The notes: generated by a model not told the origin, from the letters alone. Counted from the stretch's first letter, positions 26,529 through 41,182 are shown. The stretch: 64,000 nt of DNA from Mobula hypostoma (GCF_963921235.1 NC_086108.1:67582001-67646000), one strand, 5' to 3'. Numbers and translations: made by a program.

Positions 26529-27446
26529 CTGTCTTGTCTCCCTTTCTCTTCACCATTTACACCTCGGACTTCAACTACTGCACAGTCTTGTCATCTTCAG
26601 AAGTTTTCGGATGACTCTGCCATAGTTGGATGCATCAGCAAGGGAGATGAGGCTGAGTACAGGGCTACAGTAGGAAACTTTGTCACATGGTGTGAGCAGA
26701 ATTATTTGCAGCTTAATGTGAAAAAGACTAAGGAGCTGCTGGTAGACCTGAGGAGAGCTAAGGTACCAGTGACCTCTGTTTCCAACCAGGGGGTCAGTGT
26801 GGACATGGTGGAGGATTACAAATACCTGGGGATACGAATTGACAATAAACTGGACCGGTCAAAGAACACTGAGGCTGTCTACAAGAAGGGACAGAGCCGT
26901 CTCTATTTCCTGAGGAGTCTGAGGTCCTTTAACATCTGCCAGACGATGCTGAGGATGTTCTACGAGTCTGTGGTGGCCAGTGCTATGTTTGCTGTTGTGT
27001 GCTGGGGCAGCAGACACCAATAGAATCAACAAACTCATTCGTAAGGCCAGTGATGTTGTGGGGATGGAACTGGACTCTCTCACGGTGGTGTCTGAAAAGA
27101 GGATGCTGTCTAAGTTGCATGCCATCTTGGTCAGTGTCTCCCATCCACTACATAATGTACTGGGTGGGCACAAGAGTACATTCAGCCAGAGACTCATTCC
27201 ACCAAGATGCAACACAGAGCATCATAGGAAGTCATTCCTGCCTGTGGCCATCAAACTTTACAACTCCTCCCTTGGAGGGTCAGACACCCTGAGCCAATAG
27301 GCTGGTCCTGGACTTATTTCATAATTTACTGGCATAACTTACATATTACTATTTAACTATTTATGGTTCTATTACTATTTATTATTTATGGTGCAACTGT
27401 AATGAAAACCAATTTCCCCCAGGATCAATAAAGTATGACTATGACT
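26529..27446 (+). mobile_element. Rex1-type LINE 3' part
   Basis: VLSPFLFTIYTSD, KFSDD, LNVKKTKEL and KGQSRLYFLR motifs. AATAAA plus an (ATGACT)n tail. Confidence 0.9.
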
Positions 27447-27704
27447 GGTTGCTACAAACATTATTCTTGATTGCCTGAAGTAGAAAGAAAACAAATTTTC
27501 AAATGTAGTTTGCCTGCAAATGTACTTCCATATGATAAATCAAATTTCACAACAAATACATTTCCTATAGCAATTTCTATGTGAAGTAAAACATTTTTTT
27601 ATATCAGAACGATTTTGTCTTGATTAATAGATTGTACATGATTCTAGCATCAAGCTATGGAGTAAAAGGAAAGGAGGGAATCAGGCTTCAAAATTAGAGA
27701 TTAG

Positions 27705-28313
27705 GGCTTGCCAAAAACTTCGACAAACTTATATAGATGCACAGTGGAGAGTATCCTAACTGATTGCATCATGACCTGGGAATGCCAATGCCCAGGAACG
27801 GAAACAGTTACACAAAGTGGTGGACATAGCTCAGTCTGTCACAGACAAAGCCCTCCCCACCACTGAATACATGGACATGGAGCACTGTCACAAGAAAATA
27901 GCACCCATCATCAAAGACCCTACCATCCAGGCTATGCCCTCTCACTGTCATTGGGCAAGAGATATAGAAGCCTTAGGCCTCACATCACCAGGTTCAGGAA
28001 CAGTTATAACCCTACAACCATCAGGCTCCTGAACTACTGAATTTTACTTACCACAACTCTGAACTGATTCTATGACTACAGACTCACTTTCACTGACTCT
28101 TGCCAACTTGTGTTCTCAGTGTTGTTTTTGATATATTTGCAGTGTGCCTTCTCTTGCCCTTTGGTTGTTTGTCAGTCTTTTTCTGTTTATGTATGGTTTT
28201 TCTATCAATGGTAAATTTCTTATTTTTCCTGTAAATACCTGGAAGAAAATGAATCTCAAGACAGTATATGGTACCATACATACATACTTTGATAATAAAT
28301 TTACTTTGAACTT
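27705..28313 (+). mobile_element. Rex1/L2-type LINE 3' fragment
   Basis: YRCTVESILT motif. Ends with aataaatttactttgaactttg. Confidence 0.7.
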
Positions 28314-28719
28314 TGGGTCGGTCAGTCAGGGTTGACCATGGATTTTGTGTCTTAGCTGTCTAGATATGGATATATCCATATAGTACCACATGCACACTGA
28401 ATATCCATATCCACATGCATAGTACCATATAGAGAGAAAGCTGTTGCCCATGTAGCAAGCTCCCCCTCTCCATGCATCTGATGATCCCAAAGGAATGGCA
28501 GAAACCGATACAGTTTTCAAATATCTACAATATTTTATTAAAATTCAGAAAACTACAAGTCCTGGAAACCTGAAAAACACAGAAATATTCAGCAGGTTAG
28601 ACAATGCCTATGGAAAGAGTGTAAATTATCATTCAGAACTGTAAAAGCGAGTAAACCAGTCAGTTTAAGTTATAGAGAGGGTGAAGGAGAGAGACAGGGT
28701 AAAGGACATATCTCCTCTA

Positions 28720-29141
28720 ATGTACTCACTGAAATTTAGAAGAATGCAGGGGATCTCATTGAAACCTACTGAATGTTAAAAGGACTAGATAGTGTGGATG
28801 TCTAGAGGATATTTCCTGTGGTGGGGTTATCCAGAAATAGAGGACACAACCTTAAAAGTGAGGGGTGATGCTTTAGAACAGAGGTAAGGATGAATTTTTT
28901 TAGCCAGAGTGTAGTAAATCTGTTGAATGCTCTGCCACATGCTGTGGTGCACAAATCCATGCGTATATTTAAGGAGGAAGTTGATCATTTCCTGATCGGT
29001 CAGGGCATCAAACGATATGGCAAGAAGATGGGTGTATGGGGTTGAGTGGGATCTGGGATCAGCCATGATGGAATGGTGAAGCAGACGATGGCCTGAATGG
29101 CCTAATTCTGCTCCTATGTCTTATGGTCTTATAGTCTTATG
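28720..29141 (+). mobile_element. CR1 3' fragment
   Basis: LEFRRM.GDLIET-like start and a (cttatggt)n tail. Confidence 0.85.
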
Positions 29142-32100
29142 GAAGTCAGGTTTACTGTGGTGATACGCACACAACATCTGTTGATTGATTCACATTAGCA
29201 GTGAGGAAAGGAGAAAACAAAAGGAACGTTAAAAAACTGTGGTCCAGGCCAAATCTGTGCAGAGAACTGAAACCAAAACTAGAATGTTGGAAATGCCTAG
29301 CAGATCCGACAGTGCCTGCGGAGAGAGTCAAAATGAGTTACTATTTCAGATGAATAATCTTACTATAGAACTGGTCACTTCTGATACAGAGAAAGCAAAT
29401 GATCTCAAATTGTTAAATTCAATATTGAGTCCTGAAGGTTGCAATGTGCCTCACTGAAGGATGAGGTTTTCAAACTTATACTGTTTCTTTAGAGCAGTGA
29501 GGATGCTACAAACAGATACTGTAAGTCAGCATGAGTGAGAGTTGAGTGGAAAACTACAGTGACTGACAAGTGTCAGGGCTCAATATTGAATTCAGCTTAT
29601 CCTGTTTGTACCATTGTAGACAACAAAATGCAAGAAATATTAATTTATGTGGAATGACACAATTAGAGGGAATGTCTAAAATGCAGGCTCCAAGAGGCAT
29701 CATGGTCACACAAACTGGCCAATCCTGTTGCTTCCAAAAAATTCTGAGTAAATAGACCTCACTCATCACTCTGGACTCCACACATGAACTGGAAAAATCT
29801 AGCAATCTGAATGCCTTGATAGCATATGTCCACCAACAAAGAATTAAAAAATTGCAAAATGCACTGCATGCTAGAAAGGTCAATAATATGACATGATAAC
29901 TCTGCTGCTCTTTCCATAGGTGATGCGTGACCTCCTGGGTATTTCTAACGTTTTGTTAAGTAATCCTTGTAGTTAAACCCATTCATTGGGAAAGCTTGCA
30001 AGATTCATTCATCCTGAGGTACTAGATATGTCGACAGTTTCAGCCAAAAGGATGGATGCTTCACTAGGGGCTCACGCTGTGTCTGGTAACCTTGTTTCTC
30101 AGTCTGGAATGTGCAATTGAAACTGCTGCCACGTGTTCAACAGGTGTTTGCTGAAGCATACCACAGGGCTCCTCAAGATGAGATCCATTGTCTGGACTGG
30201 CCAAAAGATGCTCCACACTATACTCCAGCGAGGACTTCATTCTTTCTGATAACTTGCAGCATGCCAGTCAACCTCGCTACAACAGCGCAACAGTCGTGCT
30301 GCACAACAACTGGAGGAAGAGGAGCAGGATGAAGCAAGGAGGATGATCATGGCAAATGGCAATGAGGAGAGATCCTTATCCACTTCACATCCAGGTCTGA
30401 TATTCCTGAGGACCACATATCAATAGATCAAAGCTCAAATCAAGACAGCTTATAATCAGGTAGAACAAGATCTTTGCATAATTTGGACTTGGGATAATTA
30501 CAGTGTAAGTCACAATTACGTTAAACTAATGAACACCATGACCTTATTTATTTCCTTTTGGCATTCATTTTATTTGTCCTTCATCAAGCATGGACCACAC
30601 AGTCTTCATCCATGTGGTATAACTCTGACTCTCAACCAGATGTATTGGCCCTAGTGTCAAAAGTCCTTGTGACATCAATTAAGACACTGATTGCTTCGCC
30701 CACCTCTTTCTATTAGTACTGAATTTCTGTTCTGATGACCTCTTGTGCCCCCCTGAGAATGCCCATCACTTACACAAAGTGTCTGTGTCTGTGAAATGGA
30801 GTGCCCATTCAAAGATTTTTGATGCCACTGCTGTGACTGTTCCAAAAATTGACCCATGAACCTTACATAGTAGAATTTCAGCACACTTTACTGTATATGG
30901 TATATTAGTTTTTTAGGTCTTTTTTTTAATGAGTTCTCTACATTATGCAGTTTTCGATAAGTATCCATCTTTCTCCCACCAGTGTAAACTAAACCATCTA
31001 CATAATAGAGCAGTTATTCTGCACACATTATTATAAGTACTTTGGAAAAGTCAGTAGTGCAAAATCAGCCAAGAGATAAACTTCTGCTGTTGATGATTTC
31101 CTATTACTAACAAATGTTAAGACAGTTTAATGGTAACATTTTGAACTTGCTCTGACTCTGTGAAGGCAAAGCAATGCATTTCTGCTACATGTAGGCTCCA
31201 TTATTACAGAAAAAAAGCTGCTGCACAATACGATGAGAAACCATTCTCACTAATGTAAAATAGGGTGCCTAAGACATGATGATCACTTAAAATCGGATGA
31301 GCTTTTTCATGCAAACCAATTATGAAAGGCATTAAAATTAATTGTGCTAATTTGAAATTGCTAAATTGAAATCATAACTAAATTTGGTCAGTTATATTTA
31401 CAGCTGACAAACACAAAAAGTGCAAATAAATGAACAGACCATCAGCCAACATAATCCAAGTTCTTCTAAACTTAATCAGTTACTTAATTTTCTATCATCC
31501 AAAACCTCTTAGCAAAACAAAACTAAAGTACTGTGGATATCTGAAATAAAAAATAGAAAATACTGGAAATGCTCAGGAGCTCAGGGAGCATCCAAGGTGA
31601 CAGGAAGAATCAGTATTTTCGGTCAATTACCTATTATCTGAACTGGTCATGAAAGGTCAATTCTGTTTCTCTTGCAAAAGATGCTGTTTGCTATTTTATT
31701 GCCACCATTTTCCCTTTATTTATTTTATAAAAAAATACTTCACATTATGGCATTAGTTCACAAACCAGTTACATGGTGGCATCGTAATCATTCTATTCTC
31801 TATATAAAACAAATCAGAATTCCTTTCATAGTGCTTTTCCCCAAGGTCACAACAGAACATTGAGAAAATTCCCATGCAAGTCATTGTCAAATGATACTCA
31901 TTATATTCAGGAATCATTTATTAGACTGTAAATTATTCTTCCCACAATTAAAAATAGTATTTAGTAAAAAAAAACATAATTTAAGAATCTAAATTAGCCA
32001 TAATTTAAATTTTAATAACATCAAGAAATTATTATGACAGATTTGTGGCCAGTAGTGAATTAACACAGCTTGCTGGCGACAAAGAAGAAATCCACACAAA

Positions 32101-33089
32101 ACAGATCTACTAATCTCGGTGCTGCAGAATACTCTTTTTCCAAATTTGTTTGCCATCAAATCTCTGCTAAAAGAGACCTCTGTCAACCAGCTATTCAATC
32201 ACAGAAAAGAATATTCATAGGCAATAAATCTAGAAGGAAAATTTGCACCATTTTAACTAATTCTCTAAATATTTTATGAATACTAAATGAAGACAAGAAT
32301 AAACAAGATTATGGAATAAGATGAAATACGACAAACAAACTTCATGAAAAATAAATTCTGTAAACGCCATTATATTTTGAAATATTTAGGTAAGGAAATT
32401 ACAATCCACATACACAAAATAAGCATTCTGTAGGCCCAGTAAGTTTACCAATTAAGCCATATATAAACACTTAGATCTCTTATAATGTAATATAGTTATT
32501 CAATGAAAAAAATGGTAAAGATACCTTTGCTACAATAACTACAAAACAAAACCCATAATTTGAAGCTGTTAATAATAAGTAAATATATGTGAATACAAAA
32601 ATGATATAAATATTAATACATAATGTTTAATATATACAAAACAAGACCTTTTAAATACATTTACACTTCCTGGAAATCAATATTCCATAAATGCAAACCT
32701 TTGCCTTTTACTGACAGTCAATCTTTTACATAACATGGTTAATCAATGCAATGTGCCGTACTTTTGAGTGAATGTTTTTTTTGGTACCAGGCAGAGATTT
32801 TTTCCCCCACCGTCTTAACTTTGATCTAAATATTTACTTTGTTTTGTATATTTCAAGTATCTTATTATCAAATATCATTTTTTCCAAACTCTTCAAGTAG
32901 TAAGTCACAATATAAATTAATATTTTGGTGTAAAACCCAAGCATCACTAATTCTTGCTGCATACACAAAAAAAGCTAATAATACAAACAATTATTGATTA
33001 CCATTTATCAATGATAATGCTCACACACTGAATAGGAAAAAGCACCATTTCTGTTATGACCGGTCTAAATATACTGGTCTATATAATCC

Positions 33090-33249
33090 TCACGTGTTGT
33101 CAGCAGCTTTCTTGTACATATTTCTATAGATCTTTTCCAGACTTTCTTCAAAAATTGCCCTGTGAGACTTTCCTTTATAAAGAGCAGCACAATTCGACCA
33201 ATAATCACCATCATCCAGATGTACAGACGCGTTATGCTGGAGTGCTGAA
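33090..33249 (-). CDS. SPATA6: SPATA6 terminal coding exon
   Basis: ctgtccaaatag|T. Encodes SSALQHNASVHLDDGDYWSNCAALYKGKSHRAIFEESLEKIYRNMYKKAADNT*. Compare SPATA6 HLDDGEYWSNRAASYKGKSHRPIFE..YRNLYKKA. Confidence 0.92.
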
Positions 33250-34094
33250 CTATTTGGACAGAAAGATTGATTATCTGATTGTAGATTCATATTTAATACT
33301 CACAATTTATCAATTCTAAAGTTAATAAATACACTCCAGAAATACATAACTTGTTACTAAGTAGGGAAAATATTTTAAAGGAAAAATTGCAAGACCCATA
33401 TATAATGTTTGCACAATGGTTTCACTTTCAACAACTATAAGATTTGTCATAGGTTACATATTTAATAAGTAACAGGGAATTCCTCAGGGTGAAAACAGAA
33501 GCCATGCAATATTTAGGCCACTGAGGCCTAGTGAGGTAGTGAATAAAGTCTTACGGCCATTCAGGGGAAAAAAAACACATGCCAAGAAATTTCTTGGGAA
33601 TTCTTCCAATTAGTCTTGTAATGTGGATTTCTAAAATCAAGGCAGCTGACAGAACCTGGCTTTTCACAGGGGGTTTAAGCCAAGTTATGAAATAAGTTGC
33701 TCCACCAGCAAAGGATCTTCCCAATGACTGAAGTTGTCTTTCTGATCCTTTGCATTCATGTATTATGAAGCGAGCGAGTAAATTAAAACTCATTTCAGTA
33801 TAATTAAAATTAAGATTAACCCTTAGAAAGCCCCTGACAAAGGCAATATATAGAAATCAGTTGAGAGATTCAAACCTTTCTCAAGCAAATAAACAGGAAC
33901 TAAAGAAATAAAACTAGGGATACCATCACAGACATTTCCTCATTATCCATCATAAATTTCCTGCCTTTGACTCTAAATAATTAATGGCAACCATTTTAAA
34001 ATACACTTAAGTTTTAGTGGGTATCTAGATAATCAGGAAATGACTGATTTGAATAACTCCAGTTAGGTATGTCAGCATTAATACCTTTTTAATT

Positions 34095-34367
34095 TAATGT
34101 AGGTCGCGTCCGGAATTTTTCCGGGTAGCGGACAACTTCCTCCCACGCCGTTCTGACGTAGTTGGAATTCGCGTACGAGGCAAGTTACAGCAGTGGTTTG
34201 TCATTGCCTTCTGCCGGGTGAGTTTTTTTTCCCCCAAAAGAGATCACCAGTTGTTAGCTCTTAACCCTGCATGGATGGAAAGCGTGCAGGGGGGAGCCGG
34301 CTGGATATGAACTTCAGAACCTCCACTACGCAGTCCAGCGCTGATGCCACACCAACACCAGCTGGTA
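34095..34367 (-). mobile_element. tRNA-derived SINE with an RTE-type motif
   Basis: A-box-like TGGTGTTGGTGTGG and B-box-like GTTCATATCC on -. Internal AGAAGGCAATGACAAACCAC motif, as seen in RTE-associated SINEs. CpG-rich relative to the flanks. Confidence 0.6.
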
Positions 34368-34480
34368 CCTAGCTAGCTAAAATAACTTTGTCTTCCTTGG
34401 AAACCATCTGAAGAGATTCAATACGTCAGAATTTGAAAATGAACTTACAAATAAACTAGAAAATTAAAAGTTTTCTGTAC

Positions 34481-34566
34481 CTGAGATGTTCTGTTGTATC
34501 ATTCAGTGAATCAATAGACGAGACAGATCTTCTACCCAAAAGATAATCTGTGTCAGCTGTAGAATC
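34481..34566 (-). CDS. SPATA6: SPATA6 penultimate coding exon, 86 bp
   Basis: ttttcacgctgaag|GAT...CTCAG|gtacag. Encodes DSTADTDYLLGRRSVSSIDSLNDTTEHL(S). Phase 0 to 2 joins the flanking exons exactly, but the sequence is poorly conserved. Confidence 0.7.
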
Positions 34567-36163
34567 CTTCAGCGTGAAAACAATGAGAAAAGATGGTAAT
34601 CAACAGCAAATCAGCTTCACTATTTTAGTCATAAAGAATTGTCAGTGCTCTTAGATATGCAAATATACATGCTAAAGCTATAGCTAATTAGCCGAGTTCT
34701 TTTTCCCAGAGCAGACTCTAAACATTGACTCTAACCAGCTTATCAAATTTTATGTTATTAAAAAAAACTCCAGTATTGCCAAGGAAGGAACATTAGAAAA
34801 TTACAATGATCAATACTCCCCAAGTTTTGAACGTGCAATTTATGCATAGTTCGTACATATGAATGAGCATTTGAAGACTGCCGGGATGGATTTGCCAGCT
34901 GCTGCACTAACTGGAATTTTGCCACATCAAACCCAAAGAGAATACATTCTAGTTAACATATTGATCCCCATTTTACAAATCCTATCTAAAGACACACCAT
35001 TCGGACCAGGAGCAGTATACTTCTCGAAACCATCAATAGCATTTAAAAATTCATTTGCAGTAAAACCTTTCAGAAGAATATTATTATTAGCCTGAGACAG
35101 GCTCGGGCTAAATTTGTTAACATCAGCCTTATTTTTAAGACCGGCAAAATGAGATTTAAAATGCCTTTTCAGATTAGCTACTCATTTGGGAAAACCCAGC
35201 GATGTCGATTCTTTCTGCTTTGTTGTAACAAACTTGGCTAGTAGGTGCATTTCTAAGTTGTGAACTGTCTGGGTTATGAACTGAACTCAGAAACTGCCAT
35301 AACCTGGAGAAGACCTATATCGCAGATTAATTGTTCAAAAACTAATCTTAAATATCAAGAACATATATTGAAACTTCTCTTGAATCTATTCCAACTTAAA
35401 AAATAATTCCTTATCTTTTACAGCTTGTCTGAAACATTAGGCTGTTCTATCACGTAACTTCCCAGAGGAGTTAGGTGAAGAGTTGGGGAAGAAGTGATCA
35501 TGCTTCCAGATGAGTGGATGGAAGCAGGGAACAAATCCTGGAAAAGGAGATTGGTAGAAGAATCAGTGGTTGGAGTAGATATTGACTGTCATCGAAGCAA
35601 GGAGGAAAAGAACAGAATGGAAGAGATCTTATTGATCAAGCGAGTTCAGGTCTAATAGCAGCAACATTCAGAAAATTGACATGTTATTTTTTTATGTCAA
35701 TGCGGGCAATCTTCAGGGTTATTGTCTTCTGTGCACACATAGATAAACTAAAGTTTAGCAGGGATCTTAAATGGACCGGGCCTGTAGGTAAAAGCACAAT
35801 GCCAGTTTTAGATACAAATAAAAGAAGCTTCTTGTCTGTTGCCCACCCCCCCACTCCAAAATACCACTCAATACTGTCTTGATCAGAATTATCTATGCAC
35901 CATAGGAAGAAATAATAATACTGGAAATCCTGGGAGGAATCTGTCAGCCAAAATGCTCTCAGATATCTGCAGCATATTCTATTAAGAAAGGCTTGAAAGT
36001 AGACTTGCCATCCATTTTGCCAATGATTGATGTGTGGCATTTATAATCATTTAGTTTTCCACATTTAATCTACTTTTTTTTTAAATGACCTTTGGATTGG
36101 CTATATGATCTCCGTGTGCTTTTTTTGTTAAAAAACCTTGAGTCAAATTCTTGCACTACTTAC

Positions 36164-36263
36164 AAATGTCAGCCTTTGCCTTGCACTGTTCGTCTTCAAA
36201 ACATTCATTACTCGTTGATGGATCTCTTCCCATTTTGTTGGTGTAGAGGGCTCTGTATAAAAT
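36164..36263 (-). CDS. SPATA6: SPATA6 coding exon, 100 bp
   Basis: ataatttag|A...TTT|gtaagt. Encodes FYTEPSTPTKWEEIHQRVMNVLKTNSARQRLTF. Compare SPATA6 DEIHDRVKNVLKS. Confidence 0.88.
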
Positions 36264-38129
36264 CTAAATTATAAAAAGTAGGATGGATGCCTTATGTAAC
36301 AAGAACAAAACCACACTCTTGGAGGGCCATGGTCAGGATAGCTGTCAAAGTTACTTAAAATCATCCAAGTGTAAATTGGTAGTGTAAAGGAAAAGGCTCA
36401 GTTTTATTAAAATAAAAAGTAAATAGGATTTAAATTGAGATAAACAAATTAGGTAACACCAGTTTATTTGTGAAATTATGCAGATTAACCTGTATTACAC
36501 AAATTAATTTTATTATTGTGCACAGTGCAATAGAAGAGAACAATGAAGAAAATTAACAACTTAGGTATGCATTTTTTAGGGAAAAAAAAACTAAAAGCAA
36601 AACATATCCGTAACAACAGTGCAACATTATTGAGACTTTTAGGTTCCAGGCTTCATAATAGGAATCGAAATCAATTAACCATTCATTTTAAATAAAGTCT
36701 GGCAGCATATTCTGGCATAAGCGTTAAAACTCCTACAAATTATCCGAAGCTGCTCTCATGGCAGTCTACTGCATTTCTAATAGCACACAACATCTAATAT
36801 CAGTTTTAGTTTGGATACATTGCAGCTTGACTCTCTTACAGTCCTTGCATGACAAATTAGTCCTCTCTATGAACAAATAGTTTTCTTGCCTTACTGCACC
36901 TATTGTCCTTAAAATTATATCAATTTTTTCCAAGTAGCAAACTTTAATGTGAGTCTAGACAAAGAATAGCTTGCTAATACAAAATCAGTGTTATATCATA
37001 TGAAAGTATTCAAAACACTACTCTCTCAACATCTGTAAGATAGGCACCCAAATGCACATGTCAAACAGCAGTCTTTGAAAGATTTTTCAGTATTTATTTT
37101 CAAATTATGAGTATAGGAAGACGAACAAAAGCCAGAATTCTCCCCACAGATAATTTTACATGATGAATGTGTGTGGATATTGAGTAAAGACAGACTCTGG
37201 TTTAACTTATCAGAGTTAAAACGCCACAGAAAACACAGTCCAGGTTCCTTGTCAACTAGATTATGTTTTGTGCAGAAAGGATTCTGCTATTCTGCCTGTC
37301 TTGCACTAAAGACGCAACTGCAAAATCCACAAAAAAATCTGATGCACAGGTCAAGGAAAGCTTATTATGTGTTTTGCTTTTGAGCTTGCTTGTGAGTTCC
37401 ACTTTACAGAAATTTGGAAGAGGCAAGATTGCTCTTTTAAATAACAGTTGATTTGCTATTAACAGCAGCTAATAAGAAGGTAGAGATAAGAAGAATGGTC
37501 ATTGTAGGAGTGGAGATTTGAGCCTTTGGCCCAAGAGACTCCAGTGTGAGAAGCTGAGTAAGTGGTCCAAGTGCTGGGAATGAGGCAGGGCAGGTAACTG
37601 AAGTGCAGTCAGGAAGCACTTTGGCTCTAGTGACTAGAATTCTATTAGTTTTAAGACAGTGATGGAAAAGGGCCACAGGTTAGGGTCCAAACCTGAAGTA
37701 CGGCTAACTTTGGGGAAATTAAGCAAAATTTGGCAGAGGCCAATTGGGTGAGCCTGTTTGAAGGAAAAGGAACAAGTGGCAAGTGGTAGGCTTTTAAGAG
37801 TGTGATATCAAGAGTCAGGAGCAACATGTTCCTACAAGGGTGAACAGCAAACCTGGCAAGTTCAGGGAACCTTTGCTGATAAGATGCTGAAGCTCCCTTC
37901 AAGGTAAAGGATGCATACATTGAGCTTAGGAGGTTGGGGACAAGTGAATATCTTGATGATTACGAAAGGATGAAGAATAATCTTAAGAGAGAAATGAGGA
38001 GGATAAAGAGAGGGTATAAGATGGATCGGTTAAGTAGAATTAAGACAAGTACCAAAGGGTTCTATAATGGTCCTAAAAGGGTGGCCAAATTCAAAGAGAG
38101 ATAAAGACTTGGCCAGAAGGAGCAACCTT

Positions 38130-40625
38130 AGTATTGCAGGACTGTTGAAAACACGGACTGTGACATGTTCAGGGAGGTGGATACCTCCAATCCTTATATT
38201 AACATCGACAAATACGTGAAATCTGTGACTGGTATATAGAGAAGTACAGAGGACGTCATCGTAATTAAGCACATCTGTCTGGGGGCTAATCAGAACCCAT
38301 GATTGACAGTAGAGGTCCGGGCACGGCTAAGAGATCAGGATGCTGCTTTCAAATCAGGGGAATAATAGTTCTCAGGTCAGCATGAGCTGTGTTTTCTTGT
38401 GCCATAAAGAAAGCAAAGCAAGATTATTCACAAAAAATATACAGCCATTTCTCTAACAATAGAGACATGAGGCATATATGACAGGGCATTCGGGCAGTAA
38501 CAAACTACAAGTCCATCCTGTACGTCAATAACAGTGATGCTTCTCTTCCTGGTAGTCTGAATGTCTTTTACATGCTGTTTGATGTACAAAACGATGTGTA
38601 GGTGAGGAAAGCACAGAGCAGGCACTCTGTCTGGCCACAACTGATGTGAGGAAGACCTAGCCAAGGTCAACCCAGATAAAGTTGCAGGGCCTGATCAGAT
38701 ACCTGGTCGGGTGCTGAGGGACTGTGCAGTCCAGTTAACAGAGGTTCTAACAGACATCTTCAACATCTGTCTGGCTATCTGGAACAGTACACTATTCCCT
38801 TAGGCTTCAAGGTGGCCGTCATCATCCCAGTACCCAAGAAAGTGACAGTTACTTACCTCAATACCTGCTGTCAAGTGGCATTACCCTCAATAATAATGAA
38901 GTGCTTTGAGCTGCTGGTTATGGACTGCATCAAATCCCATCTTCCTGCTACATTGGACCCTTTCCAATTCGCTTATCACTCAGCTGATGATGCCATAGCC
39001 TCTGCTCTCCAATCTGTCCTGTCCCACCTGGATAATCGTGGCTCATATGCTAGGATGCTGTTCATTGACTTCAGCTTGGCATCTAATAGTCATCCCTTAG
39101 AAGCTGGTGGGTAAACTGTCCTTGTTGGGTCTTAACACCTCTCTCTGTTACTGGATCCTAGACTTCCTGACAGAAACCCAGTCAGTCCGTGTTGGCAGAA
39201 ACACTTCTAGCTCCATCACACTGAGCACCAGGGCTCCCCGGAGCTGTGTGTTCAGCCCACTGCTGTTCATGCTGCTGATGCCTGACTGCACTACAAGATC
39301 CAGTTCAAACTGAATCACCAAGCTTGACAATGGCACAACAGTGGCTGGCCTCATCAACAGCAATGAGATAGCGTACAGAGAGGAGGTAGAGCAGCTGGCA
39401 GAATGATGCGAGCACAACAACTAGAGCCTTAATGTGGACAGATGATTGTGGACTTTAGGAAGGTGCAAGCTGATCACTCCTCACTGCACATATACAACTC
39501 TTCAGTGGAAAGAGTTAGGGCCACCGAGTTTCTGGGAATGCACATAATCGACAATCTCACCTCAACTCCACCTCTTTGGTCAAGAAAACACAGCGGCATC
39601 TCCACTTCCTGAGGAGATTGAAATGAGTGAAGCTTCCCCCTCCCATTCTAATCAATTTTTACAGAACACCATTGAGTGTATCCTGACCAGCTGCAGCACT
39701 GTCTGGTACGGGAATTGTAAGGCATCTGAACGCGTTCCTATAAAGGTTTGCGAGGACTGTTGAGAGGGTCATCAGGGTTTCTCTTACACCCATCAGAGAT
39801 ATTTATCAGGAGCGCTGCATATGCTTGTCCTTAGCAATATCAGTGATCTCCCACACCACCACCACCACCTTCCCCCCCCCCAGACTGTCCAACAATTTCT
39901 TTCATCTCTACCATCAGGTAGGAGGTACTGTAGCATGAGGACAAGAACTTTTAGGATGGGAAATAGCTTTCTTCCCCAGGCCATGAGACAACTGAACATC
40001 CAGCCACCAACTTCCACACAGTTAAAAAACTATGGTTGTATCTGATTCCACCACTTCCTCTGGCAGCAAGTTCCAGATATCAACCAACCTCTGTGTAACA
40101 ACATTTCCCCTTAAATCCCCTGTAAAACTTCTTAGTAAGTTTCTTAAGATAGTAAAAACTGCCCAGAGAATAATCGGAGTCTCCCTCACCCCCTCTATTT
40201 GTGACACATACCACGAGCATTGCAGAAGAAGGGCCTGACGTATTGTTGATGATCCCTACCACACACACCCCCCGATCTCTTTGATCCACTGCCATCAGGA
40301 AGGAGGTACAGAAGCATCAGGACTAGGACCTGCCAGACTAGGTAAGAGCTTCTTCCTTCAGGCTGTGAGACTATTGAATACTCTGCCATTGCTGGGGTCT
40401 TGTCGCTAGGACAGCAAGCTATTTATTGTATTGCTTACTGTTTTACCTGTGCAGTGCAGTACATGCATTTTGAATTATATTTTATTTATCTATTTATGGT
40501 AATACTTTGGTTTATGTGCTGTGTGTGATATGTTTCGTGTGTACATCGTGATCTGGAGGAACATTGTTTTGTTTGGTTACATACAGTATATATACACAGT
40601 CAGATGACAATAAACTTGAACTTGA
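38130..40625 (+). mobile_element. Long degenerate Rex1/L2-type LINE with a second 3' end in tandem
   Basis: IIPVPKK, DPFQFAY, RMLFIDFS and WILDFLT motifs. The C-terminal block occurs twice (about 39720-40000 and 40150-40390). Tail aataaacttgaacttga. Confidence 0.8.
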
Positions 40626-41182
40626 AAGAGATCAGGTCTCTTAGAGATCAGCAGTGTTATCTATGTCCTGAGCCACAGGAGATGGATGTGATTTTTAATG
40701 ACTATTTCTCCTTTGTTTACCGAGGAGATATCATGGTTGCTCCAGAGATAAGATAAACTGGAGATGCCGCAGGATCACCTGTTGCAATCGTCCAGGGGCC
40801 TCTGTGAGCGAGCTGAAATCCGTACGGTGTTGGAGGTTAGCCCTGCCCATTGGTGCTGCCCTCCAGTCTTCGTGCAGTACTGCCTCTGGTGTTCACTCAG
40901 TGCTGCCCTCTGGTGTTAGCTTGATGTTGCCCTTCGGTGTTTGCTCGGTGCTCAGTTCACTCAGACGAAGAACAAGCTGGGCCAGGACAACTTACCATCA
41001 ATCTACAGTAATGCCACTCAGCATGTTACGCTATTATTTTTTTTCTTTGTGACTGTATGGGTTTCTGGAATCATAATCATGTGTGCCACATGTGCTGTGT
41101 GATGATGGTAACGTGTTTTGCACTCTGGCCCCAGCAGAACGCGGTTTCATTTAACTATATTCATGTATAGTTGAATGATAAT

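Noticed and set aside
28325..28520. CTGATGA...GAAA motif in a repeat-like segment (possible hammerhead)
   Set aside because: Stems I and III could not be placed in register with the core.
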